Positions 27,501-34,941 are shown, counted from the stretch's first letter. The stretch is DNA of 34,941 nt from Betaproteobacteria bacterium (GCA_039930965.1 JBDTSU010000001.1:1-34941), one strand, 5' to 3'. The notes: generated by a model from the sequence alone, not told the origin. Numbers and translations: made by a program.

Positions 27501-28066
27501 AGGCCTTCAGCGACCAGAAGATTGTTGTCCAGATGCGCAAGCAGCGCGGCGACATCTGCCGCGAACGGGCCGTCGGCGTTCACTTCTCCCAGCACCGCGC
27601 GTGCCGCGTCGCGGTACAGTGCGGTGGCATCGTCAATGATGTCCGGCTGGGCGCCGAATCGCGCGCCCAACGGCATTTGCCGCGTGATTGACGCATTCAG
27701 CGAGTCGATGGTCTGGATGCGCAGCCGCGATGCATTGGCCGCGAGCTGCCAGTCGCGTTGCCGGTCACGGGCAAGCGCGGTACGGGCAAGCCGCCGCGTC
27801 GCCGAGTCCAGGTCGCTGGCCTCATCTTCGGCAGCGGCGAAGGCCTCCAGCACGCGCTCGCGCATTTCCGCCGCCGCCTTGCGGGTGAACGTGATCGCGA
27901 TGACCTCCTCGGGTTCTTCCACCCGCGCCAGCAGAGCGAGATAGCGCTGGATCAGCAGCGTCGTCTTTCCCGAGCCTGCCGGGGCACGGACAATGGCGGA
28001 GCGCGCGATATCGACCGCCCGGTCGCGAACGTCTTGGTCCCGGGCACGTTGATGGATATCACTCAT
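24503..28066 (-). CDS. addA: UvrD/Rep-type helicase fused to a C-terminal PD-(D/E)XK nuclease (AddA-like subunit)
   Basis: Walker A APAGSGKTT, DExx LVDEFQDT, VGDPMQSIYRFR, TIHKAKGLEFDAV, LLYVAATRAKRRLHL. C-terminal nuclease motif IRWIIDFKTG. The track start at 28078 is TTG. ATG at 28066 (MSDIHQ...) is preferred and overlaps the addB stop by 8 nt. Confidence 0.9.
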   Translation of the reverse strand: MSDIHQRARDQDVRDRAVDIARSAIVRAPAGSGKTTLLIQRYLALLARVEEPEEVIAITFTRKAAAEMRERVLEAFAAAEDEASDLDSATRRLARTALARDRQRDWQLAANASRLRIQTIDSLNASITRQMPLGARFGAQPDIIDDATALYRDAARAVLGEVNADGPFAADVAALLAHLDNNLLVAEGLLADMLRARDHWLRNLPRMNIREALEAALARVRANTIDAAAGHFPAEHREETLALARFADQNKSEGRASAAVSPIASAACWPDSTEASLPCWLDIAELLLTQKGTWRKRGGLNKNVGFPQGESREQKAHFAAAKTRMGDLLERLENSDRGARLAQLLDKLRRLPPARYTEQQWDVLGAIVRLLPRATAMLWTVFSAQGRCDFTEIALAATRALGADDEPTDLALALDYRIQHLLVDEFQDTSVAQFELLGMLTRGWSEGDGRTLFLVGDPMQSIYRFRKAEVEQFRRATEDGIGIVALNELQLTVNFRSRRGVVEWVNETFAALMPGGHDNASGQVPYAASVAFKPADDSGRPAVTWHPQLVRRNVVDANQDDDEPDNDADEARAIVGIIVAMRHEMKAARLPGERPESIALLVRNRTHLAAIVPALKAANIPFRAVDIDPLKERPVVRDLQALTRALLHPSDRIAWLAVLRAPWCGLTLNDLAVLVGGAMAVDGTLAPDTRGLWEIIGDDSRLALISADGRFRLERLRAVLAPALAASRRQPLRDLVESVWLSLHGPACLASAGDLDDAAQLLDLLEAEAQAQSGGSHIGDLDPLDARVDTLYAGNRVPDDGDHAAVQIMTIHKAKGLEFDAVILPALHRVPRRDEKGLVAWAELPIHGSGRHELVVAPIRETGADDEGEDEAEKIYQYVRQHELEKQRQEEVRLLYVAATRAKRRLHLLGCVAVKSDKGGEKLTAPRAGSLLAALWPAVEAVFDNAMLAPRRELTPSRPGPVNCDAAARAMRLATPHSLPRMPAAIAPGSGRASAKQDSPIDFEWAGETARHIGTVVHAFLQRIAIDGLANWNAGRVARSQGVFEVELQQLGVEAGELPGASRRVGEALARTLDDSRGRWVLDAQRLAKSEWRISGTRDREIVNVAIDRSFIDAEGIRWIIDFKTGGHEGGDVAAFMDNEQKRYRAQLETYAALVDALSTGTPRPSIKLGLYFPLLAGWREWDWRSG

Positions 28067-30890
28067 CTCTGTTCTCAACAGATGGCGCGTCGGTGTCTAG
28101 CCGGCCATAGCCGGCCACGTCGGCGACACGGCAAATGCTCTGCAAATCGCATTGCTTGCAAGTTTGCCCTTGAAGCTTTGGATCGACGGATGCATCGCCC
28201 GCGGCGAATCCCGCCGCGAGCGCCGCGAGCGATGCCTCCCACTCCTGGGTCAGCACGTCCCAGGACGCGTAACGCCGCGCCGGTCGCTGCGTCGCCTGCT
28301 CGATCGGCAACACGTCAGGCAACAATCCTTCAACGACCGACACGCCTTCAAACCCGAGCGTTTTGCCCAGCTTCACGCGCGCAAAGGCAAGCGCTGAGAT
28401 CTCCTCCCGGGCGGTGCGATAGTACAGCGGCAATTGCGGCTCGTCGGGACGCGCCCCCAGCCAGCTCGCCAGTTTGGCCACGCCGGTCTTGTAGTCGATC
28501 AGCACGTGTGTGCCATCTGCCAGGCGATCGAGTCGGTCCAATCGAAGCTCCATCGCGAGGCCACCAAGTTCCACCTTGCGCACCGCTTCGCGCTCAACCA
28601 CAACGAACGGCGTGCGACTGCGCTCGTATGTCAGCCATTCACTGACCACGCGGACCAGGCGCGCGTGTTCGATAGTCGCGAATCGGCCGGCGAGGCTGGC
28701 AACACCGGCAGCGTGGGCCTCGACAATCGCGCGCGTCACTGCCTCCGCCACGATCCCTGTCGTAAGATCGGCGTCCAGCGCGCTCAGTGACGCGTGATCG
28801 AGCAATTTCTCCCACACCAGATACAACACACGATGCAACAGCGTGCCGCGTTCGGCCGCGTCCATTCCCGGCTGCGGCACGTCCAACGGCCTGGCCGCGA
28901 GCCGATGCCGCGCAAACGCGCGAAACGGGCATGCGGCCTGGTCACGGATCACGGTTGCACCACCGCGGATGGCGGTAGGCGCGGGCAACGCCTCAAGCGG
29001 CATGTCCGGAATCGCTTCAACCCTGCGCAGCCCCTGCAAAGCTGCGGCATAGCCGACGGGGACACCTTGCGGCAGCAATGTCGCGGGCGTGCCCAGCGGT
29101 ATAGTCGCAATCAAGGCGCTTGCACCGCAGTCCCGTTCGTTCGCCTCATTCCCATCGCTGATGAGGTGGCTCACTACCACTTCCGCCGCACTGGTCAGCC
29201 AGCCCGAGGTGATGCGCCGATCCAATTCGAGCGACGCCGCCGCCGACGCTTCCGGCACCCCGGCACTGCGCTGCAGGGCGGCGGGAATGAATGGGTTGGG
29301 CCTCGCGGCCAGTGGCCAGGAATCGGCGCCTAACCCGGCGACCCATAGCGCATCGAACGATTGCCCGGCCGATTCCAGGATCCCCAGTACCTGGATCGGC
29401 GCTTCGCCCGGGTTGTCGCTTTCCGGCTGGAATGGCGTATCCGCGACGATGCGTCGCAGCTGAACCACCGCCTCATCCACGCGCATACGCGGTTGTACGC
29501 TCGCCAATGAGGCCAGCGCATCCAACGCGTCGCGAAATTTCGCCATCACCTGAAATTCAACGGAATCGAGCGAGCGTTCACCGGGGAAACCCCATGTTGT
29601 CAGCAGCAATCCGAAATACCTGCTCCAGGCATGCGGCGAGGAGGCGCCGCGATTGCCGCGCGCACTCGTATCTGCACCGGCGGCAACGAGCTCAGCCACG
29701 CGGTCGAGCCGCTCGCACAATTGCCGGCAGGCGCCCGCATGGCGCTGAAGCCGGACATCGTTTGCGAGCCTTCTGCGTACGGCATCGAAATTGACCTCGG
29801 GCGCCATCGTCTCGCGCAATCGCGCATCGAGCGTCGCGCGCGCCGCCTGTTCCTGCTCTGCCGCGGCGATGAATGGCGAGCGCAGCAGGGCGCTGACCTC
29901 AAGAAACGGCAGCGCCCGGGATAGCGAGAACGCCAGCAAACCAAGCGCGTCGCGTACCAACGCATAGTCTCCCAATGGCGGGCCGACCGAAAGATTGAAC
30001 AGCGACGCTTGGGCATCGCCAGCGCCACCCTGTGCACGCGCCTCCGGTGACAGCGCGTCGGTGAGTTCGCGGGCGATACGATTGCGGCAGGCCGGCAAAT
30101 CCGGCACAACAATGGCGACGCGAGGGCGGGGATCGATCTCGAGCTGCCTGCGCGCCCACGCCGCGCACGCGCGCAGTTCGTCGGCTTCCGTGGCAAACGC
30201 CAGGCGGACAGGTGTCGGCCGCGCATCGGTGCGCTCAATCGCGCAGCTACAGACCTCGATTCCCATCTCGCTGAACACGCGCCATAAATGGTGCTGTTGC
30301 GGCGTCACAATATCGAAGCCGACGCACAGAATTCGCGCGGGCAGGAGATTCGCCTGTTCGACGCCCGCGGCCAGCATATCCGCGAGCGCGTCCGCGACCA
30401 CGGCACCATCAATGGCCTGTCTTTCGCGACACGACTGTTGAAACCGCTGGACCCATGCCAGAAACATCGCGGCGTCGTCGTGCACGGGAAACTTGTGCAT
30501 CGCCGGCAACAGGTGCCAGGCGCGTGCCAGCGTCCAGGCGGCAGCTGCCTGGCGCGCCGCCTGCGCGACGTTCATCAGGCTCATCACCGGCGTCGTTGCC
30601 GATTTGCGGACCACCTGCTCCCACAGCAACAGGCTCTGCACGGCATCGAGCAACACCTGCCGTGTGGCCGGTGGCGCAAGCATGTTCAACCCACGCCAGC
30701 TACGTTCAACGAACACCGTAAACGGCAGGATATCCGGTGACGGCCAGGCGGCAAGGCCGGCATTCAGTTGCGCGCGGTCGAATTCACCCTTGTGGTAGGC
30801 CGCAAGGCGGCGATTGGGTGTGACCAGTGTTACGCGCTCGACGGCAACTTCCGCATGCAATGCGGCCATCGATACTTTTGCCGTCGCCAC
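28059..30890 (-). CDS. addB: AddB-like PD-(D/E)XK nuclease subunit with Fe-S cysteines and no P-loop
   Basis: About 940 aa. C-terminal nuclease motif LRLDRLDRLADGTHVLIDYKTG. Cys pattern C(PFRAF)...CKQCDLQSIC (C...CX2CX5C), as in the AddB iron staple. No GxxxxGK[ST] seen anywhere. The start is GTG at 30890 or ATG at 30869. Confidence 0.85.
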   Translation of the reverse strand: MATAKVSMAALHAEVAVERVTLVTPNRRLAAYHKGEFDRAQLNAGLAAWPSPDILPFTVFVERSWRGLNMLAPPATRQVLLDAVQSLLLWEQVVRKSATTPVMSLMNVAQAARQAAAAWTLARAWHLLPAMHKFPVHDDAAMFLAWVQRFQQSCRERQAIDGAVVADALADMLAAGVEQANLLPARILCVGFDIVTPQQHHLWRVFSEMGIEVCSCAIERTDARPTPVRLAFATEADELRACAAWARRQLEIDPRPRVAIVVPDLPACRNRIARELTDALSPEARAQGGAGDAQASLFNLSVGPPLGDYALVRDALGLLAFSLSRALPFLEVSALLRSPFIAAAEQEQAARATLDARLRETMAPEVNFDAVRRRLANDVRLQRHAGACRQLCERLDRVAELVAAGADTSARGNRGASSPHAWSRYFGLLLTTWGFPGERSLDSVEFQVMAKFRDALDALASLASVQPRMRVDEAVVQLRRIVADTPFQPESDNPGEAPIQVLGILESAGQSFDALWVAGLGADSWPLAARPNPFIPAALQRSAGVPEASAAASLELDRRITSGWLTSAAEVVVSHLISDGNEANERDCGASALIATIPLGTPATLLPQGVPVGYAAALQGLRRVEAIPDMPLEALPAPTAIRGGATVIRDQAACPFRAFARHRLAARPLDVPQPGMDAAERGTLLHRVLYLVWEKLLDHASLSALDADLTTGIVAEAVTRAIVEAHAAGVASLAGRFATIEHARLVRVVSEWLTYERSRTPFVVVEREAVRKVELGGLAMELRLDRLDRLADGTHVLIDYKTGVAKLASWLGARPDEPQLPLYYRTAREEISALAFARVKLGKTLGFEGVSVVEGLLPDVLPIEQATQRPARRYASWDVLTQEWEASLAALAAGFAAGDASVDPKLQGQTCKQCDLQSICRVADVAGYGRLDTDAPSVENRDE

Positions 30891-30899
30891 GGCCCGGGC

Positions 30900-31223
30900 T
30901 TACTTTTCCAGGAGGTGCAACTTTTCCGTCACCTTGGTCCAGTCATCCGCATCCGGCGGCGCATCCTTGCGCTCGATGATCGGCTTCCACGCCTTTGACA
31001 ATTCGGCATTGATCTTGATAAAGGGGCGCTGCTTTTCCGGCACGTCATCTTCCGCGAAAATCGCCTCGACCGGGCATTCGGCAACGCACAACGTGCAGTC
31101 GATGCACTCGTCCGGATCGATGACGAGCATGTTGGGACCTTCCCGGAAGCAATCGACGGGGCAGACGTCAACGCAGTCGGTGTATTTGCATTTAATGCAG
31201 GATTCGGTGATTACGTAAGTCAT
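30900..31223 (-). CDS. fdxA: 7Fe ferredoxin (Azotobacter FdxA type, [3Fe-4S][4Fe-4S])
   Basis: [26 protein letters not shown]...[12 protein letters not shown], 107 aa. The track ORF extension to 31565 is spurious. Confidence 0.95.
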   Translation of the reverse strand: MTYVITESCIKCKYTDCVDVCPVDCFREGPNMLVIDPDECIDCTLCVAECPVEAIFAEDDVPEKQRPFIKINAELSKAWKPIIERKDAPPDADDWTKVTEKLHLLEK

Positions 31224-31360
31224 GGACCAACCTTGGATATCCACGGGGCAAGCGCAAATTTTAACAGACCCGCGCACTCCCTCCGGTAATCCGCCATTGC
31301 CACGCCTGAGGCGAAACAGTGGCATAATCCGACACACTTTCCGAGCCATTGAGGATATCT

Positions 31361-31687
31361 GTGAGCGAAGCCATTGTTTATGTATCAGACGCCACCTTCG
31401 AGACTGAAGTACTGCAAAGCACCACCCCCGTCCTGGTGGACTACTGGGCCGAATGGTGTGGTCCATGCAAGATGATCGCCCCCATACTTGACGATGTCGC
31501 GAAAGAGTACTCCGGCAAGCTGAAAGTGGCGAAACTGAATATCGACGAAAATCAGGAAACCCCACCCAAGTACGGCATTCGCGGCATTCCCACCCTCATG
31601 CTGTTCAAGAACGGCACAGTCGAGGCCACCAAGGTCGGCGCGCTGTCCAAGACCCAGTTGGCCGCGTTTATCGACGCCAATATCTGA
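31361..31687 (+). CDS. trxA: Thioredoxin
   Basis: WCGPC active site and near-colinear identity with E. coli TrxA ([16 protein letters not shown]). GTG at 31361 is preceded by a GAGGAT SD. The track TTG at 31349 is less likely. Confidence 0.95.
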   Translation: MSEAIVYVSDATFETEVLQSTTPVLVDYWAEWCGPCKMIAPILDDVAKEYSGKLKVAKLNIDENQETPPKYGIRGIPTLMLFKNGTVEATKVGALSKTQLAAFIDANI

Positions 31688-31709
31688 CGCCATTAACTTC
31701 AATATCCGA

Positions 31710-31738
31710 TTGACAAGGGCGGGCGGGCGCCCTATCCT
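31710..31738 (+). promoter_or_regulatory. Candidate sigma70 promoter of rho (TTGACA-N17-TATCCT)
   Basis: A perfect -35 at 31710-31715, a 17-nt GC-rich spacer, and a -10 TATCCT at 31733-31738. This predicts a ~185-nt leader. Confidence 0.5.
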
Positions 31739-31930
31739 TCCCGTCAAGTCTGCGTCGATTTCAAATCCGTGGATGTCCTTTTCAGCAGCACCTCTGCAGC
31801 GAATCCCAACTACTTGAGTTGACGCCCGGTCTTCAGGGAACAAGCCTGAAGTCCATTCAGCAGAGGCACATTTTCCTGGCGGTTTTTTCTTCCCGCGCCT
31901 TAATATTCCTTCCTCTCAGCGGCAAAGCAA

Positions 31931-33190
31931 ATGCAATTATCCGAACTCAAACTGAAACACGTCTCGGAACTCGTCGAGACGGCCAACCAGCTCGAACTCG
32001 AGGGCGCAAATCGACTTCGAAAACAGGAGTTGATCTTCGCGCTCCTGAAGCACCAGGCGAAGAAGGGCGAAGCTATATTCGGGGACGGTACGCTGGAAGT
32101 GCTGCAAGATGGTTTTGGTTTCCTGCGCTCACCCGACATTTCCTACCTGGCCGGTCCCGATGACATCTATGTGAGTCCTTCGCAGATCCGGCGATTCAAC
32201 CTGCATACCGGCGACACCATCGAAGGCGAGATCCGCACACCGAAAGAAGGCGAACGATACTTCGCCCTGGTTAAGGTGGACAAGGTCAACGGCGAGCCGC
32301 CGGAAGCCTCCAAGAACAAGATCCTGTTTGAGAATCTGACGCCGCTGTTCCCGGACAAGCCTTTCACACTGGAACGCGATATCAAGTCCGACGAGAACAT
32401 CACCGGCCGCGTCATCGACATCATCGCGCCGATCGGCAAAGGCCAGCGTGGCCTGCTGGTCGCCTCACCGAAGTCCGGCAAGACCGTGATGCTGCAGCAC
32501 ATCGCCCACGCCATCACCTCCAATCACCCCGACGTCACGCTGATCGTGCTGCTCATCGACGAACGTCCGGAAGAGGTGACCGAGATGCAGCGCACCGTGA
32601 AGGGCGAAGTGGTCTCAAGCACCTTTGATGAACCCGCCACCCGCCACGTGCAGGTCGCCGAAATGGTCATCGAAAAGGCCAAGCGCCTGGTCGAACACAA
32701 GCGCGATGTCGTCATCCTGCTCGACTCCATCACCCGTCTGGCACGTGCCTACAACACCGTGGTTCCAGCGTCGGGCAAGGTACTCACGGGTGGCGTTGAT
32801 GCCAATGCGCTGCAGCGTCCGAAACGATTCTTCGGTGCCGCGCGCAATATCGAGGAAGGCGGCTCGCTGACCATCATCGCCACCGCGCTGATCGATACCG
32901 GTTCACGAATGGACGATGTGATCTACGAAGAATTCAAAGGCACCGGCAACATGGAAGTGCATCTTGACCGTCGGGCGGCGGAGAAACGCGTTTATCCGGC
33001 GATCAATGTCAACCGTTCGGGCACCCGCAAGGAAGAACTGCTGATCAAGCCGGAACTGTTGCAGAAGGTCTGGGTCCTGCGCAAGATGATGTACAGCATG
33101 GACGAACTCGAAGCCACGGAATTTCTCGTCGACAAGCTCAAGGCGACGAAAAACAATGCGGAATTCTTCGACTCCATGAAGAAGAACTGA
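31931..33190 (+). CDS. rho: Transcription termination factor Rho
   Basis: 419 aa with [20 protein letters not shown], Walker A ASPKSGKT and [24 protein letters not shown]. Confidence 0.98.
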   Translation: MQLSELKLKHVSELVETANQLELEGANRLRKQELIFALLKHQAKKGEAIFGDGTLEVLQDGFGFLRSPDISYLAGPDDIYVSPSQIRRFNLHTGDTIEGEIRTPKEGERYFALVKVDKVNGEPPEASKNKILFENLTPLFPDKPFTLERDIKSDENITGRVIDIIAPIGKGQRGLLVASPKSGKTVMLQHIAHAITSNHPDVTLIVLLIDERPEEVTEMQRTVKGEVVSSTFDEPATRHVQVAEMVIEKAKRLVEHKRDVVILLDSITRLARAYNTVVPASGKVLTGGVDANALQRPKRFFGAARNIEEGGSLTIIATALIDTGSRMDDVIYEEFKGTGNMEVHLDRRAAEKRVYPAINVNRSGTRKEELLIKPELLQKVWVLRKMMYSMDELEATEFLVDKLKATKNNAEFFDSMKKN

Positions 33191-33322
33191 CCCGCTCGCG
33201 CATTCGCCGCGCGGCTGCAAGAGTTATCATTTCTTTCTTTGCGGTTTCCGGTCCTGGCGACTTCAGCGCGACGACCCGCCCATTCGCACCACCCAAACGT
33301 TCGGATTCCGCAACAAGCGCGG

Positions 33323-34135
33323 TCAGGGCTTCTTCCGTGCTTGATCAACAGGCGGCGCATCTTTCTCATCGCGCTGCCGAATGCCTGTCACCAGTGACAT
33401 CTTCCAGGGCTTGGTCCCAACCGCCATTCCGATGGTTCGGCGCTGATCCGACGGCAGATAGCTGTCCAGTTCGGCCAGTTCATTGAATTCCTGACCAATA
33501 CGCTCGAGTTTTCGCTGAATGAGCGCGTAAGACGGCACGGACAATTCGCGCATCTCCAGCCGGAACATCCCGCCTTCGGCGACGAAGTCGCCGGCAAGAA
33601 AATCACCGATGACCCGATTGCCGTGCACTTGCCGGATCGGACCATCGTTTCGCAGGCGCATGGTGCGCGGTATCAATAACCTGACCCGATCGTTCGGCAG
33701 CAGCATGATGAGCCCCAGGTGATCGAGCTTGGCCAGCAATGAAATCACTTCGGCCTTTTCGATCTCGTAGCGATCGAGGATGTCGGGCAAATGCCAATCG
33801 TTCAGCACCAGGTAAAAGACCCCGAGCAACCGCGCGTCGGCGGCCAGCGCGGCCTCCTGTTCAACCGTCATCTCCTGCGCCTGTGCGGATTGGTTGCGCG
33901 CCAGCTTGGTGACTTCAAACAAGTCGACATCGAGACAACCGCAGATTTCTTCGAGGCGTTTCAACGTCAGGGCTTCCTTGGCGAAAAGGCGCTTGATGCT
34001 CGCTTCGGATAGGCCCAAGGAATGGCCGAGATCGCGGTAAGTCATACCGCGCGCGCGCAAAAGCCGTTTCAGCGCTTCAACCAGCAGCGATGTTTGGCCT
34101 TGTGAACGAGGTGCACGAGAGGCGGGAGAATCCAT
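33323..34135 (-). CDS. XRE-type helix-turn-helix transcriptional regulator with an uncharacterised ~190-aa C-terminal domain
   Basis: N-terminal HTH (LKRLLRARGMTYRDLGHSLGLSEASIKRLF). AAGGGA SD 9 nt upstream of the ATG at 34135. Confidence 0.8.
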   Translation of the reverse strand: MDSPASRAPRSQGQTSLLVEALKRLLRARGMTYRDLGHSLGLSEASIKRLFAKEALTLKRLEEICGCLDVDLFEVTKLARNQSAQAQEMTVEQEAALAADARLLGVFYLVLNDWHLPDILDRYEIEKAEVISLLAKLDHLGLIMLLPNDRVRLLIPRTMRLRNDGPIRQVHGNRVIGDFLAGDFVAEGGMFRLEMRELSVPSYALIQRKLERIGQEFNELAELDSYLPSDQRRTIGMAVGTKPWKMSLVTGIRQRDEKDAPPVDQARKKP

Positions 34136-34150
34136 TGAAATTTTCCCTTG

Positions 34151-34167
34151 GTATTATTTCATAATAC
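34151..34167. promoter_or_regulatory. Perfect 7-3-7 palindrome GTATTAT-TTC-ATAATAC next to the regulator's start
   Basis: Read directly. It lies 16-32 nt upstream of the HTH regulator's ATG in an AT-rich patch. Candidate auto-operator and/or the -10 region (TATTAT). Confidence 0.35.
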
Positions 34168-34444
34168 TAACATAGCTGAGTTTTCCGTATTCCAGTCTTC
34201 ACGCGACGGCCCTCACGTCATCCTGCACGGCAAATGCTGTCTATTTTGGGGGAAGACGACGGGCATACCTGCGCAATCCTGGACGAGTCAGGTATTTCGC
34301 CATTGAAACCGGCAAATTTCGCGGCAATCCCGTCGGGGCCGGCGCCTCGGAAGCCCGGCGGCGCGACCTCCGACGTCTTGTGCCGCACCGTGGTCAACGT
34401 TCATGGCACGCGTGCAATCGGCCGCACAGGGACTTTGCCTTTTG

Positions 34445-34473
34445 GGTCAAATTGCGGCATAATTATTGATTCT
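34445..34473 (+). promoter_or_regulatory. Candidate sigma70 promoter of rpmE2 (TTGCCT-N17-CATAAT)
   Basis: The -35 is at 34445-34450 and the -10 at 34468-34473, about 78 nt upstream of the rpmE2 ATG. The -10 overlaps the self-complementary octamer ATAATTAT. Confidence 0.45.
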
Positions 34474-34550
34474 CCAAACACTTGTTCGCATAGAGGTGCC
34501 CGCGCGGCCTACATCGGCGCACCCTTTACGGAAAGAAAGGCAAAACCCGC

Positions 34551-34838
34551 ATGAAACCCAGCATTCACCCCGAATATCACGACGTAATTTTCTTTGATTC
34601 GTCCTGCGACTTCAAATTCCTTACCCGCTCAACCGCTGAGACCAAGGGACGCGAAAAGTTGAAATGGACCGACGGCAAGGAATATCCGGTTATCCGCATT
34701 GAAGTCTCGTCGGAATCGCATCCTTTCTACACCGGCAAGCACAAGATCATGGACACGGCAGGTCGCGTTGAGAAGTTCCGTCAACGCCATGCGCGCACGA
34801 CCGGCGCGGCGGCTGCCCCCAAAGCTGAAGCAAAATAA
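34551..34838 (+). CDS. rpmE2: 50S ribosomal protein L31, type B (non-zinc form)
   Basis: MKPSIHPEY...[24 protein letters not shown]. It has only one Cys (no CxxC pairs) and the type B insertion ([16 protein letters not shown]). Ala-rich C-terminal tail. Confidence 0.93.
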   Translation: MKPSIHPEYHDVIFFDSSCDFKFLTRSTAETKGREKLKWTDGKEYPVIRIEVSSESHPFYTGKHKIMDTAGRVEKFRQRHARTTGAAAAPKAEAK

Positions 34839-34860
34839 GGCAGGCGTTGCCCCTCCCGGA

Positions 34861-34886
34861 AAGGCAGCCTCGGCTGCCTTTTTTTG
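34861..34886 (+). terminator. Rho-independent terminator of rpmE2
   Basis: AAGGCAGCC-TC-GGCTGCCTT followed by TTTTTT. Confidence 0.85.
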
Positions 34887-34941
34887 TGGGTCTTCGCGTT
34901 TTAGTGTGGGTACTTTTGGGTCATTTTAGAGTGCGGGGAGC

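Noticed and set aside
23298-28645. A series of + strand ORFs (23298..24086, 24651..25442, 25736..26611, 26807..27346, 27758..28645 and others) antisense to ybiB/addA/addB.
   Set aside because: All are Arg/Pro/Ala/Ser-rich, overlap each other in several frames and have no motifs. This is the typical shadow of GC3-rich genes.
24503-30890. The helicase plus PD-(D/E)XK nuclease pair as a candidate phage-defence system (Gabija- or Hachiman-like logic).
   Set aside because: The architecture (SF1 helicase-nuclease plus a large Fe-S nuclease partner, translationally coupled) matches AddAB-type recombination machinery. The neighbourhood is entirely housekeeping, with no mobile-element or defence-island hallmarks.
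30900-31565. The long 221-aa version of the fdxA ORF, and the TTG (31349) start of trxA.
   Set aside because: The ferredoxin family N-terminus begins exactly at MTYVITESC (31223), and the upstream extension is Arg/Ser/Trp-rich. TrxA aligns from the GTG at 31361, which has a proper SD.
34234-34554. A 106-aa ORF ending in an ATGA overlap with rpmE2.
   Set aside because: It is not called as a CDS. It has no SD and no recognisable family, it contains the best rpmE2 promoter candidate, and its GC3 is not distinctive. It is kept only as a possibility within the spacer finding.
1-34941. Looked for tRNA/rRNA genes, CRISPR arrays, IS elements/transposases, integrases, toxin-antitoxin pairs and long dispersed repeats.
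   Set aside because: None recognised by eye. The only true repeat is the 33-bp in-frame tandem array at 2293-2424. A computational scan (tRNAscan-SE, Infernal, ISEScan, self-dotplot) would be needed to exclude small elements.

Overview
This window reads as a densely packed core-chromosome segment of a moderately GC-rich proteobacterium. The gene order looks betaproteobacterial: dapA-bamC, purM-purN-DUF3108-DUF3108-rsmB, radC/coaBC-dut, rpmB-rpmG, fdxA / trxA-rho. All assignments come from motif and gene-order recognition only; no searches were run. About 36 protein genes are supported: peroxiredoxin fragment, RoxA-like cupin, repeat lipoprotein, MBL hydrolase, BamC, DapA, methyltransferase, KynB-KynU-NadA, a hypothetical plus HAMP-only pair, AI-2E permease, PurM, PurN, two DUF3108 proteins, RsmB-like, MscS-like, fatty-acid desaturase, L33, L28, RadC, CoaBC, Dut, DUF192, YbiB/TrpD2-like, AddA-like, AddB-like, FdxA, TrxA, Rho, HTH regulator and L31 type B. 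I found no tRNA, rRNA, CRISPR array, IS element, integrase or other sign of a mobile island. The many long antisense ORFs in the track look like GC-driven artefacts. I do not see a compelling, clearly novel multi-gene system. The best candidates for undescribed biology are: (1) a stand-alone pair at 9345-10638, an internally duplicated cytoplasmic protein plus a membrane HAMP protein with no output domain; (2) a co-directional fdxA-addB-addA-ybiB array linking a 7Fe ferredoxin, an Fe-S helicase-nuclease and a TrpD2 DNA-binding protein; (3) a small lipoprotein with four perfect 11-residue repeats whose DNA copies differ only at synonymous sites; (4) a kynB-kynU-nadA operon-like cluster; (5) an unexplained 415-bp GC-rich spacer upstream of rpmE2. 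Interest scores are kept modest to match.
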